A stretch of 64,000 nt of DNA, taken from assembly GCA_030704615.1 (NCBI GenBank), contig CM060731.1, forward strand, positions 35,154,001 to 35,218,000, given 5' to 3'. The notes under the pieces are model-generated. The model worked only from the letters and a program-made list of their open reading frames with translations. It did not search any database and had not been told where the DNA came from. This DNA is from Takakia lepidozioides (Eukaryota > Plantae > Bryophyta). Below, piece after piece: positions 53,076 to 64,000 of this stretch; the stretch's first letter is position 1, and every line of letters begins with the position of its first letter. Made by a program: the position numbers and the translations under genes.

Positions 53076-55592
53076 ATGGTGCAAGGTCGAGGGCAAGGTC
53101 GAGGACAAGCTGGTGATGGAGCCCACAAGAACCCTTCTGGATTTTGCGGGGATGTGAGGAGTCTATCTCGTGAAGGACAACTGAAAGAGGCACTTCACAT
53201 TTTAAACAGACAGGAGATTCCGGCAGATACCAAGACTTATATCCTTCTCTTGCGGGAGTGCATCAAAATTGAAGACCTTGACATGGGAAAACAGGTGCAC
53301 ACCCACATTATCAAAAGAAGATACAAGCCAAACATCTCACTACTCAACACCCTTGTCAATATGTATGCCAAGTGTGGAAGCGCGGTGGATGCACGCCTAG
53401 TGTTTAACCACATGGCTGAACGAAATGTGGTTACATGGACTACAATGATAGCAGGATATGCTCAACATGGATGTAATAGGGAGGCTTTAGAGATTTATGA
53501 GCAAATGTTACGGGATGGGTTGACACCCAACAATTTTACATTTGTTTGCGTTCTCAAGGCCTGTACCAATTTAGGAGCACTGGAGAAGGGCAAAGAGGTC
53601 CATGCTGCGGTCATCGGAGCTGGATTTGCACCAGATGTCTTTGTGGGGACAGCACTTACTGTCATGTATGCCAAATGCGGGAATGTGAAGGATGCACGTG
53701 AAGTGTTTGACCACATGGCTGAAAGAAATGTGGTCTCATGGAGTTCGATGATCACAGCGTATGCTCAGCATGGGTGTGGTATGGATGCATTTGAGCTGTA
53801 TGACCGAATGATACTAGAAGGGGTAAAGCCCAATAAGGTCGCCTTTGTTGCTGTGCTCGGTGCATGTGCCAGCCTGGCAGCCCTGGAAAAGGGCAAAGAG
53901 ATCCATGCTGAAATCCTCAAAGCTGGAGTTTGTCCAGATATGATTTTGGAGACTGCCCTTGTTAATATGTATGCCAAATGTGGGAGCATAAATGATGCAC
54001 GCCAACTGTTTGACAATATGGCTGAACGAAGTGTGGTCTCATGGAGTTGTATGATCGCAGGATATGCTCGGAATGGGTGTGGTATGGAAGTTTTCAAATT
54101 GTATGAGCACATGATCCGGGTAGGGGTAACACCCAACGAGGTCTTGTTCACTTCTCTTGTCAAGGCATGTGCCGGACTGGCAGCCCTGGAAGAGGGCAGA
54201 AAGATTCACGCGGACATCATCACAGCTGGAATTTTGCTGGATATCATTCTGGAGAATAGTCTTATCAACATGTATGCCAATTGTGGAAGCATGGAGGATG
54301 CAGGTCGAGTGTTTGACAATATGGCTAAACGAGATGTGGTGGCATGGAATGCAATGATCACAGGATACGGTTGGCAGGGGTCTTGTAGGGAGGCCCTTCA
54401 ACTATTTGAACGAATGCAACGTGAAGGCTTGAAGCCGAACCTGTTCTCGTGGAGCGCCATTATTGCAGGATTTGCTCAGCATGGGTGTGGTAGGCAGGCT
54501 TTGGAGATGTATGAGCAAATGTTACATGAAGGTGTGACACCGGACAAGGTTACATTTATTTCCGTTCTTCAAGCATGTGCCAGCCTGGCTGTCCTCGACA
54601 AGGGGAAAGAGGTCCATGCTCTCATCATCAAATCTGGAATTGCACCAAATATCATTCTGGAGACTACCCTTGTTGACATGTATGCCAAATGCGGGAGCTT
54701 AAAGGATGCACGTCAAGTGTTCAATAGTATGGCTCGACAAAATGTGGTCTCATGGAATGCCATGATTGCAGGATATGCACAGCATGGCTGTGGTAGGGAG
54801 GCGTTTGAGATGTATGAGCAAATGAGACAGGAAGGGATGATGCCCGACAATGTCACATTCATGTCTGTTCTAAAGGCGTGTGCCACTGTGGCAGCTCTTG
54901 AAAAGGGCATGGAAGTCCATTCTGACATCATCAAGGCTGGAATTGTGCCAGACATCACACTAGAGAATACCCTAGTCGATATGTATGCAAACTGTGGGAG
55001 CATGAAGGATGCGCATCGAGTGTTTGACAATATGGCTGAACGAGGTGTGGTGTCCTGGAATGCCATGATAGCAGGATATGGTCAACATGGGCGTGGTAGG
55101 GAGGCCGTGCAACTATTTGAGGGAATGAAAAAGGAAGGCTTGAAGCCAGATCTTATCACCTTTATATGTGTTCTCTCTGCATGTAGCCATGTGGGCCTAG
55201 TGGATGAAGGCCGTCACTACTTTCACTCATTGAGTGGGGATCATGGCCTCACTCCTACAGCAGAACATTTTGGTTGCATGGTGGACCTTCTTGGTCGTGC
55301 AGGACAATTGTATGAGGCGGAGGACTTGATTAACACGATGCCTATTGAACCAAATCCTGCCGTGTGGGGGGCATTGCTTGGTGCCTGCAGTGTTCATGGT
55401 AATGTGGAGGTAGCGGAACGTGTGGCCACATCCCTTCTCAAGTGGGATCCACAGCATTCTGTAACTTATGTGCTATTATCGAACATCTATGCAGCAGCTG
55501 GCAGGTGGCAGGATACAGCCAAGGTGAGAGAAATGATGGAGGAGAAAGGTGTGAGAACGGTGTCAGGTCCCAGTTGGATTGAGATTGCATGA
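53076..55592 (+). CDS. PLS-class E-subgroup pentatricopeptide repeat protein (organellar RNA-editing factor type), no DYW
   Basis: Uninterrupted ORF with repeated P-L-S triplets (MYAKCG, VVSW..MI.GYAQHG), then [37 protein letters not shown]. First ATG at 53076; the true start may be upstream. Confidence 0.95.
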   Translation: MVQGRGQGRGQAGDGAHKNPSGFCGDVRSLSREGQLKEALHILNRQEIPADTKTYILLLRECIKIEDLDMGKQVHTHIIKRRYKPNISLLNTLVNMYAKCGSAVDARLVFNHMAERNVVTWTTMIAGYAQHGCNREALEIYEQMLRDGLTPNNFTFVCVLKACTNLGALEKGKEVHAAVIGAGFAPDVFVGTALTVMYAKCGNVKDAREVFDHMAERNVVSWSSMITAYAQHGCGMDAFELYDRMILEGVKPNKVAFVAVLGACASLAALEKGKEIHAEILKAGVCPDMILETALVNMYAKCGSINDARQLFDNMAERSVVSWSCMIAGYARNGCGMEVFKLYEHMIRVGVTPNEVLFTSLVKACAGLAALEEGRKIHADIITAGILLDIILENSLINMYANCGSMEDAGRVFDNMAKRDVVAWNAMITGYGWQGSCREALQLFERMQREGLKPNLFSWSAIIAGFAQHGCGRQALEMYEQMLHEGVTPDKVTFISVLQACASLAVLDKGKEVHALIIKSGIAPNIILETTLVDMYAKCGSLKDARQVFNSMARQNVVSWNAMIAGYAQHGCGREAFEMYEQMRQEGMMPDNVTFMSVLKACATVAALEKGMEVHSDIIKAGIVPDITLENTLVDMYANCGSMKDAHRVFDNMAERGVVSWNAMIAGYGQHGRGREAVQLFEGMKKEGLKPDLITFICVLSACSHVGLVDEGRHYFHSLSGDHGLTPTAEHFGCMVDLLGRAGQLYEAEDLINTMPIEPNPAVWGALLGACSVHGNVEVAERVATSLLKWDPQHSVTYVLLSNIYAAAGRWQDTAKVREMMEEKGVRTVSGPSWIEIA

Positions 55593-56219
55593 TGTGGGGC
55601 AGGAGCAAAACCTTTGTCACCACAGTGAAAAGCAGGCCATCGCCTCAGGCTCATCAGCACACCCCCCATGATACCATCAAGAACCTTCAGGTATGTGGTG
55701 TATATGTCAATCTCTATGTGAATATGCTTCCATTAGGAGGATTATGAAACGGATGCTGCCACACACCCTCCAAGTCCTCATATCAAATTGGCGGGTAAGG
55801 AATTGTTATACAAAATGCTGACCAGTCCCGTGACTTCCAAGATGGGGTTTGTTCTACTCAAGAATCGGACAGCATAGAAGCAGTGCATAGCTTCAGGCAT
55901 GATGGAAAGGTTGTAGTTGTCCTGATTTAACAAAATTTGTACGATGTGTGAGCTGCTCGTTTCTATCACAATTGAAGTTTATACTGAACAGTGAGGGTGA
56001 AGTCACAGGAAACTTATTGCATCAAAATGTTTAAGGGAGCAGGCGTGAAGAAACTTAACCCCAGTATGGCATTTTAAAGCTTTGAACCAAACAGTTTGGG
56101 CACAGGATCCCCACAAGAGTGTTAGAAAACCAGCAGTTATATGACGACATTTCTCCGTTGTCGTAAGTATACATTTCTCAGCTGGTGAGGCAGATTGTTG
56201 ACCTCTGCACCTGCAATTT

Positions 56220-56860
56220 GTAACTTCCAAGGGTTAGTAGAGGATACGCATCAAGTGTTCGACGAAATTGCTCAAAACATTTGGCCTCGTGGACTGCATG
56301 GTTTGCAGGATATGCTCAGGACAGACGTAGTATGGAGACTGCCCTTGTTGACATGTATGCCAAATTCAGGAACGTGACGGATGCACGGAAGTTGTTTGAC
56401 AATGTGGCACCACGAAATATTGTCTCGTGGAATGCAATGGTAGCAGAATATGGTCAGCATGGATGTCATGCAGAGGCTTACGAGATGTATGAGTAGATGA
56501 TACGAGAACAGTTGGTACCAAAAAGTTCACAGTAAATTGTGTTGGTATAAGCCAACCTAGCAACCCTGAAGAGGGCAGAAAGGTCCATGCTGGTATTATG
56601 AAAGCTGTAATTGCACAAGAGATCATTTTGGAGACTGCCCTTGTCAACATGTATGCCAAATGGGGGAATATGAAAGGATGCAAGACAATTTTTCTACAAT
56701 GTGGCTCAACGAAATGTGCTCCAATGGAATAATGATTGCAAGATGTGATCAGCATGAGAACAGTAGTGAGGCTTCTGAGATGTAAGATCTAATAACAAGA
56801 GAAGGGGTGATGCTTGAAAGGTCATGTTCATCTGTGTTCTCGATGCTGTTAGTGTGGCAG
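56220..56860 (+). pseudogene. Fragmented PLS PPR pseudogene
   Basis: [38 protein letters not shown] and a second [12 protein letters not shown]; many indels and stops. Confidence 0.85.
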
Positions 56861-57809
56861 GAATAGTGGATGCTGGCCCAAGCAGTTGTTTTACAGGATG
56901 CCCACCTCTCACCACTTCCAAGATGGATTTTTTCGTGTGGGGAGTACTGATGAAACAACAAAACATATGAAAGACTGTGCCTTGCTGCTCCAGGTCTATA
57001 GAACTCTTGAATTGTGATCGGCATATTCTATGATGCAAAATTTGTTTACCAGTTTGGTGTTTCCTGCTCACATGAAACCTTACCTTGTGCATCACCTGGG
57101 TGAAGTTGACTGGTCTTGGATGCATGGAACTGCCACATGACAAATAGAGGTCATGAACAGTAGGCATAATAAAGATCAGGGCTAAAGAGTTTAAAATTCT
57201 GCATCCTAAAACAGTTGAATAACCTGATGAACGTGGAGAGTGAGCTCTCACAATGCAACATAGCACCGTGGTGACTATTGGAGTCATCTGCTTTTGTTGT
57301 GGCTCTTGTATATCCCCACTACAGTATGACCACCCCTCAACCAACCCAGTCCTATCATACATGCATAGAGCCCACTCCCCACAGGGGCAATAGCGACAAG
57401 GTGAAGTGGCTCTTAGTTATGCCAGCTTCAGCTGCAGTCTTTCTCTCTCTCTCTACACACAAGCCTGCTTGCTGTCCACTGCCACAAAACAACTGTCAAT
57501 TGCTATTCCTTTTTGTTTTTGTAAATTTAGTTCAGTGTCTTTTGGGTAGTTGACAAATAAATGCTCTTCTTCTATTTTGATCTCATTAAATTAATTTATA
57601 ATTTTAGTATATTCAATTAATCTCTCTAGTCTCCATATGATGTGACAGTAATTGGATACGATCAGACTTCAAATTCAGACCCCATGATAAAGAGAATGGC
57701 CTCAAGTTGAAGGTTAACTTTTTCCTTCCCCTCCAGGCGCCCTCTTCATAAATTATATTATTTAATACACAGGTTTTAGCCTATATTATAGTAAAACATA
57801 ATTTAGAAC

Positions 57810-57876
57810 CTCGGCGTTGGATAGGTGCACTGTGTGTCACTCTGGTGGTTCGGGTTCAAATCCTGCTACTCTGACC
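57810..57876 (+). other. tRNA-like / SINE-head-like segment
   Basis: B-box GGTTCAAATCC followed by TGCTACTCTGACC; the A-box is weak and no acceptor stem was found. Confidence 0.3.
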
Positions 57877-58361
57877 TGTGGGTATGATTTGTTTCGTGAC
57901 CAGTTATCTGAAATGGGGTTAAATTTTCCCTGTGAGCAGTCGCTCCCGGGTTTCCGAATAAAACACAGACTGTTTCAAACTATTTTAAATTATTTTTTAT
58001 TTAACTCCGAAGATATCGCCGTGGCGAAACCCTGGCGAAACAATCCACAAGAGGGCGTGGGTAGGTCGCCGGCCCATCCCGGGCCGGGCCCACCTACCCG
58101 CGCTAAAAACTTCACGCGCCTTCTCTGCCCTCCCATTTCTTTTACTCCAACACCCTTTCTTTTGAGTCTTCCCACTGTCCCTTTGTATTATCCACTCCTT
58201 CAACTCCCCTCCATTGACCCTGAAAGACAATGGGCCGCCGGAATGGGTCCGCCGTGATCTGTACGTCGATGACGATGACTGAACATCATAGATATTACAT
58301 ATATAGTAGAACAGTCCTCCAGTCCACTTTTTTTCCTTTTCTTGTTTTTTACCTCAGCCTG

Positions 58362-59110
58362 AGGGAGACCTAAAAACTTTATTATTTGAGGCCACATGGT
58401 GGTGCCTGATTTGGTCGATGTGTTTCCCTTTTTTCATTTGTCTTTTAACGGATATATATATATATATATATATCACACCGAATTTGAGCACAACCATTTT
58501 CTGGCATGGAATTTTTTCAGATTGCTCTCAGTAGAGATGCAAAATATGGGAACCAAACCCTAAAAACAAGACCCATAATAAGAACCCCAAAAAGGGCCCT
58601 AGGGGAGACCTTAAAACTTTACTGTTTTTGAGAGCACGTTGGGAAAAAGGGTGGTGCCTGATTTGGGCTGATGTGTTTCCCTTTTTTATTTTTCTCGGAT
58701 ATTTCTTTATTTGTTTATTATCCTTTTTGTTTTTTTGTTTGTTGTGACATGAGAAGTAACATGCCATAAAATCTGATGAGTGTATATGAGTACAATGAAA
58801 AGCCTAACAAGTATCAGTTCCGCTACAATCCCTCATCTCACTCTCAAGTCAAAATTGGCTGTGCTGGATAAATTGTCGCCAGGGATATATATATATCAAA
58901 CTGAAATTTGAGCATAAAACCATTTTCTGCATGAATTTTTTCAGAAAGGATCAGATTGCTCTCAGTAGAGAATGAAGATGCGGAATATGGTAACCAAACC
59001 AGACAAAACAAGACCCATAGTAAGAACCAAAAATCAGAACAAGGGGGAGAAAAACAGTAAAAAACAAGACCCATAATAACATTAAACCCAGACGAAACAA
59101 GACCCATACC
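58362..59110 (+). repeat. Imperfect tandem duplication with AAAACAAGACCCATA sub-repeats (non-autonomous TE-like)
   Basis: GGGAGACC..GGTGGTGCCTGATTTGG..CAGATTGCTCTCAGTAGAGA occurs twice (from about 58362 and 58603); AAACAAGACCCATA recurs near 58563, 59006, 59062, 59095 and 59420. Confidence 0.75.
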
Positions 59111-60231
59111 TAGTATTTTGTTTTTTTTTAATTAAAAAGGGAAACACCAGGCTAGGAGCGACATAATAGAAACTAATACCGTAGTACCTCGGCAAGTTCA
59201 ACAATCATCTGTCGAATATTTATTTTATTTTGAGAATTTCATTTCAACATATAGAATATTCTTAAAGATGCTTTATTATCATTCACAAAGTTATTTAATT
59301 TCATAAAATCAATTTCCAAAATTTTCAACAATCTTTGAAATATTATAATTTGTGTCGAAATTGCCAAGGTACTACGGTAGTAATAATAATAATAATAATA
59401 GAAGAAAAAGGAGCAGAAAAAACAAGACCCATAAGAGAACCATAATAGGGAGCCTGGTGGCACGGAGCTTGTTAACACGAGGCTAGAATTGAGCAGCGTG
59501 TGCAGGAAAAGTGTCGGGGAGTGATGAGATGTGTACGCGCAAGGAAGGCCGGGTAGCAGCCTTTGAGGCGACGACTGTGGGGCTCGGTGACTCTGGAGCA
59601 GGCGCCTGCCCTGGTGGACTCGCACCACAGTCAAAACTTTGTCTGCGACCAACAATCGACTGGAGGAGGAGGCAGTCCTGTTGCATCTGTCCTTAGCAAC
59701 CCTCAGATATGGCGTGACTTTAGTGGGCGGCCTGCTAATGTTGCGGAGGTGCTGTGGTGTGGATCTTGTGTGGTCGAGTTTCGATATATTCGCTCTCCTT
59801 TGTGAGGTCTCCAGGTTCTCTCTCGCTCTTTCATCGTGTCTCGATCTCTCCTGAGATCAAGTGAGGCTGACATCAAGACGCTTCCTGAGTCTCCCTGTAG
59901 CAGTTGACGATTTGGATGCCCTAGGTACGACTCTGGGTCCTGCACTTTGCATTCTCGGGGTGACCAATCTGGGGTTAGTCGACACAGCGTGCATGCACGA
60001 GGCAATGTGATTTAAGCTGTTAAACTTCACCTTGCCCCCTCCTGTTTGCGTGCATCCTTCCACTAGAGCTGCATCTCTTGTAGACGTTGGGCTTTAATCG
60101 CTGGAGGATTCTCCCCGGAATTGGCCACCCAAAGTACTGTGCACGAGCTGCGAAGCGGGAAAGATAAGAGTTTGGTGGGAGGTGGATGAGGCAGCATACA
60201 ATGTAAGCAGGAGCTCATTTGCTAGAGAAAG

Positions 60232-61176
60232 ATGACCATGATGGATGCCAACACGGAGCCTAATCTGAAGTCTGGAGACGTTCACACAGCCAAGCAACCA
60301 GATGTTGAGTCACCTAAGATGCTGCCCAAGAGCGGCAGCGCCAAAACGAGGGTGCGGAAAACCTCGCGCCTGCACTTCCTGAAGAAGATTCTAGACAAAT
60401 ACGTGATGGCGTGCATGTCTGCGACCAGCAACGGTAGCCTGCAGGGCCTTTCCAGTCACGAGGTGGCTGTGCTCCAGGCCTCTGACAGTGTGCTAAGCCG
60501 CTCCGTCTCGCAGAAGGATGACGATGTCTTCTCCCCAGAGTTTCTTGCACTTGCTGCCCGAACCAGTCGCCAGTCTTCACTTTCCGACCCATCCACGCGA
60601 TTAGTCCAGGGCGTGCCCATGGTGGATTTTCATCTAATGTCTAGCTCCTCTTCTCGAAGGCCCAGTGTTGACACAGTGCATGAACTCGAGCTTTATGAGG
60701 AAAGGGTCACGCATTCAGATACTGAATTGGCACAGTTATACAAGACTCGTTCCATGCGTCCTACAGGGCAATTCAGATCTCCCTCACGAAGGATTGCAAG
60801 TGCGGATAATGTCCACGACGGTCCCCTTGTCAGAGCAATGAGTGCTGGATCGTATGGACGCTCTCCTCCTAGATTTTCTAACTTAGATGGGTATGGACAA
60901 TTCCCTCCGAGATCGTCAAAGTATCATGAAAGATATGTGCAAACTCCAGGCAAGATGTCAAGGGATGTTTCGGCCCCTAAAACGTCAGCTGATCTTTACA
61001 GGTCTCGCTCCCAGAAGCCTCCCAGGATGCCCCGTTTCTTCACATCTAGCAGCACCAAGTCGGTACGGGTCGTTGATTTTGATGATGTTTTGAGCAGGTC
61101 AAATTCAAAGAAGTCCACACGGGAAAATCCTTACAGCAACTACGACACTCGAAAGCAAGCTGATGTGGATAGCTGA
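60232..61176 (+). CDS. Uncharacterised Ser/Arg-rich single-exon protein
   Basis: 314-aa open frame with an ATG start. LHFLKKILDKYVMACM and LSRSVS..DDD resemble a plant-specific uncharacterised family; no catalytic motif. Confidence 0.65.
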   Translation: MTMMDANTEPNLKSGDVHTAKQPDVESPKMLPKSGSAKTRVRKTSRLHFLKKILDKYVMACMSATSNGSLQGLSSHEVAVLQASDSVLSRSVSQKDDDVFSPEFLALAARTSRQSSLSDPSTRLVQGVPMVDFHLMSSSSSRRPSVDTVHELELYEERVTHSDTELAQLYKTRSMRPTGQFRSPSRRIASADNVHDGPLVRAMSAGSYGRSPPRFSNLDGYGQFPPRSSKYHERYVQTPGKMSRDVSAPKTSADLYRSRSQKPPRMPRFFTSSSTKSVRVVDFDDVLSRSNSKKSTRENPYSNYDTRKQADVDS

Positions 61177-63046
61177 GACACTGCACCAAAGTGAATCTCT
61201 GCGGAGCTCACCATTATGTAGAGCAATTTAGCGATTTCTAATTAGGTATCTTTCACTAGCATCACAATCTAGCTATATATCTGGTTTGTGTATGTTCCTT
61301 GTGTTACGGTGGACGGGAAGAGTAATTGCCAACTCTGGTGCAGCGAGTTCTCTTCGTTCATTCCATGTATATAAGTCTGTAAGAAGATCAAGCACAGCCC
61401 CAGTACACGAGGAACTCAATGGAGAATGCATGTTTTCAGATAGTGGACCTATGCATCTAGTGCCTGGAAATATTCGGGCCACCTGCTAGGCAAAGTGTAA
61501 ATACCCCATCACAATCAGAGCCTGGGACAAGAATGTTGTGAGACTAGAATTTCGTTTTCGAGTTCCAGCAACTTCAATTTGAAACTAGATCCTACCCTGG
61601 AAAGGGATTTGGTAAACAGCATTCAAGTGTAGCTCGTTCACACTTGCACACAATGTCAATGCAGCCTCAATCTGCATCAATGTCTCTTGGAAGTCCTCTC
61701 TCTAGCTTGATAAAATGCAACAATGATAAACTTCTTCCTGCACTGTGTTTAGGAAGGGAAGGGCGAATCTTGATGAGGAAAACGTTGTCCCTCAAGAATG
61801 TCTGTCTAGTTAGGCGTGCGTGGCTGGCCAGAGCCATTCTGCTTGAAAAGTTTGTACTGAATTACGTGTGAGATTCCGGTGTAAGTGTTCCTTCTCTAAG
61901 TGTGATTTTGGGAAGATTCTCGTTCTATATCTGTTAGGATGTTCTATATGTTTTACATTTTCCCTACTGCCGAGGTGTAACCCGTATAATAGAGGGTAGA
62001 CTGAATGCTCATCGCACGATGGTTGAGCCGGTGAAGGTTTATTTGCACGCTGCAGCAGTCAATGGGGAGTACACTTTGATGTTATGACGTGTGTGACCAG
62101 CTTTAAATCTTCCAGCTCCCCACCCACCTTCAAGACACACATTTTCCACATGTCACATGAATTGCCTAAAAAACTGTTCACCCAGAACTTGAGCAGAACC
62201 TGCCAAGAAGAAAACGTCGAAGTACATGGCATGGAAATATCCTCCAGCCAGATTGGCTCATAAACAATTGACAACTAGTCTATGAATCAACTAATATTCT
62301 CCGTGTATGTAGTAGCCTATGTACTGCTCTCCTCGTTGCCAGGCCAAAAACAGCTTATCGTGTCGGCTTGCAACATTTCCCGAATCCACTCGGCGGGCCC
62401 TACTTCGTCCACAATAGTCTGCCGTGAAGTAGGTCAAAAGTTGCACATACTTGAACTTGCGACACGATTCTCGTGCAGAGACGGGGACGATGGCTGCAAA
62501 CGCTGACACAATGTCAGCGACGGCCGCTACCTAACATGCGGCGATGATGACCAAGCTCTCATTTTCCATAGCTCCCCCAGGCTTACACGTTGACACTTTA
62601 CACCCAAATGCATAAGTAGTGGGTACATAATGCACTGACCCAAATGCATTAAACCTTCGCTTACTTGAACACTCTGTTGAGTGCTCCTCCTGTCAGAATC
62701 TGTTCCCAACACACTCCTCGTGGAAAGAAGAAGGTGGATTGAGGTTTACTTTACACCTACAAAACAGCAGTAGCGTCTCCAATTTCCTTACATGGAGCTA
62801 CTATATTGGTGGAATCATGAAGCTCTCTCTTTCTCCTCTTTTTTTCCTTTTTTGCTGTGTGTGTGTGTGTGTGAAGATTGAAAGTGAGCCTGGTTAGGGG
62901 AGATATTTCATATATTATTTTTAATCCAAAATATTTGCAAACCACCCATTATTATAAAACCCTCAATGCCAAACACAGACTAGGTACCCAAGGTTTTTGG
63001 ACTCCATGCAAGCACTAAATCAAGAATCTAATAACATCACACAGAC

Positions 63047-63181
63047 TTGATACTCTGCCGATGGTCCTGCTTGTAGTGCAGGCCTTGAGGTTAGAAGCGG
63101 TTGCAGGGCTTTCACCATGATACTCATGTTGGGGCGAAAGTCCCCTTCGTACTGCACACAGAGTGCTGCAACTGCTGCCAT
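63047..63181 (-). CDS. PTI1: 3' exon of a PTI1-like receptor-like cytoplasmic kinase (gene continues beyond the window)
   Basis: AG|[30 protein letters not shown], the PTI1-family C-terminal signature. The exon ends at a GT at 63046 or reads on to a stop at 63020. Confidence 0.85.
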
Positions 63182-64000
63182 CTGCCATTCCAACCCAAAC
63201 TTGCATCGGTAACCTCTATCCAGTTGTTGAGAGAACCTAAATATGGAGCTAGGGGCTGCCATAAGCCAGCCAATTGCTGAAGAGAACATCTACTATGCAA
63301 TCTCTTGCTATGAGAATGCAACTCAAAAGGTTGACAAATTTTTGTTATATAAACTTTGTTTTAAAAATACCCATTTGGTGACTCACTTGCCTTGTTTGCA
63401 CAACTTTCATGTGCTTTTAGTATTCACCTTTTTGGGATGATGGTCACAGAACAGAGAATGTATCAAGTAGCAATTTTTTACTTTTCAGAAAATTGAGGAT
63501 GTGACAATAATGAACAAGCAAGTGTGCTTACAAGGAGGACCTCCCCTTTGCACAAAATAATATAATGTTTACTAAGGTCTCTAAATGTAAAGCAAAAACA
63601 AAATCCCTTCAATAACTCATCAATAAAATTATCAGGGCCTCTGTACCCTGTTGGTAAGAAAAAACACAAAAAACAAAAATGATGATGCCTTCTTAAGGAA
63701 GCGTAAATTATGGTTTCTTCATCAGGAGTGACTACTCGGACTATTGCCTTATGTTGGAAGGTTGACACTTTGAACTCTAGATCACCTAGGTTATTCACCC
63801 GCAAGCCACTGGGTACATGCTCTAGTGGCAACCCAAAACAACAAAAGATTCATTCGGAAAGGCAAGCAATTTGGCTACCCACCCTACCTACACAGAAAGT
63901 GGTTTTGACTCCGTGACCCACTTTTCTAGCTGGGTTGGTGCCGACGTACATCTCTATAGCTTCGAATCCACGACCATTTGTAAGACGTTCTTGTACCCTA

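Overview
Repeat-rich nuclear DNA from a land plant, probably a non-seed plant (inferred from the PLS-type PPR genes and the transposon content). Host genes: an intact 5-exon tropinone-reductase-like SDR with a partial duplicate, an intact 8-exon SDIR1 RING-H2 ligase, an intact intronless PLS-E PPR gene plus two PPR pseudogenes, a Ser-rich single-exon ORF, and the 3' exon of a PTI1-like kinase. Transposon remnants include CACTA, MULE, PIF/Harbinger and Ty3/Gypsy. There are also about 10 copies or fragments of one LINE family, which has no poly(A) tail and repeatedly lands at (TC)n-rich sites. The most striking find is at about 32.75-35.9 kb and is invisible in the ORF track. It is a spliced, recently decayed gene for a prokaryotic-type beta-class amino (N4-C/N6-A) DNA methyltransferase fused to an unrecognised N-terminal domain. 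Its probable first intron holds seven 24-bp palindromes separated by unique spacers, and a diverged second copy of the N-terminal-domain exon lies about 1 kb downstream. All calls come from manual reading; no database search was run.
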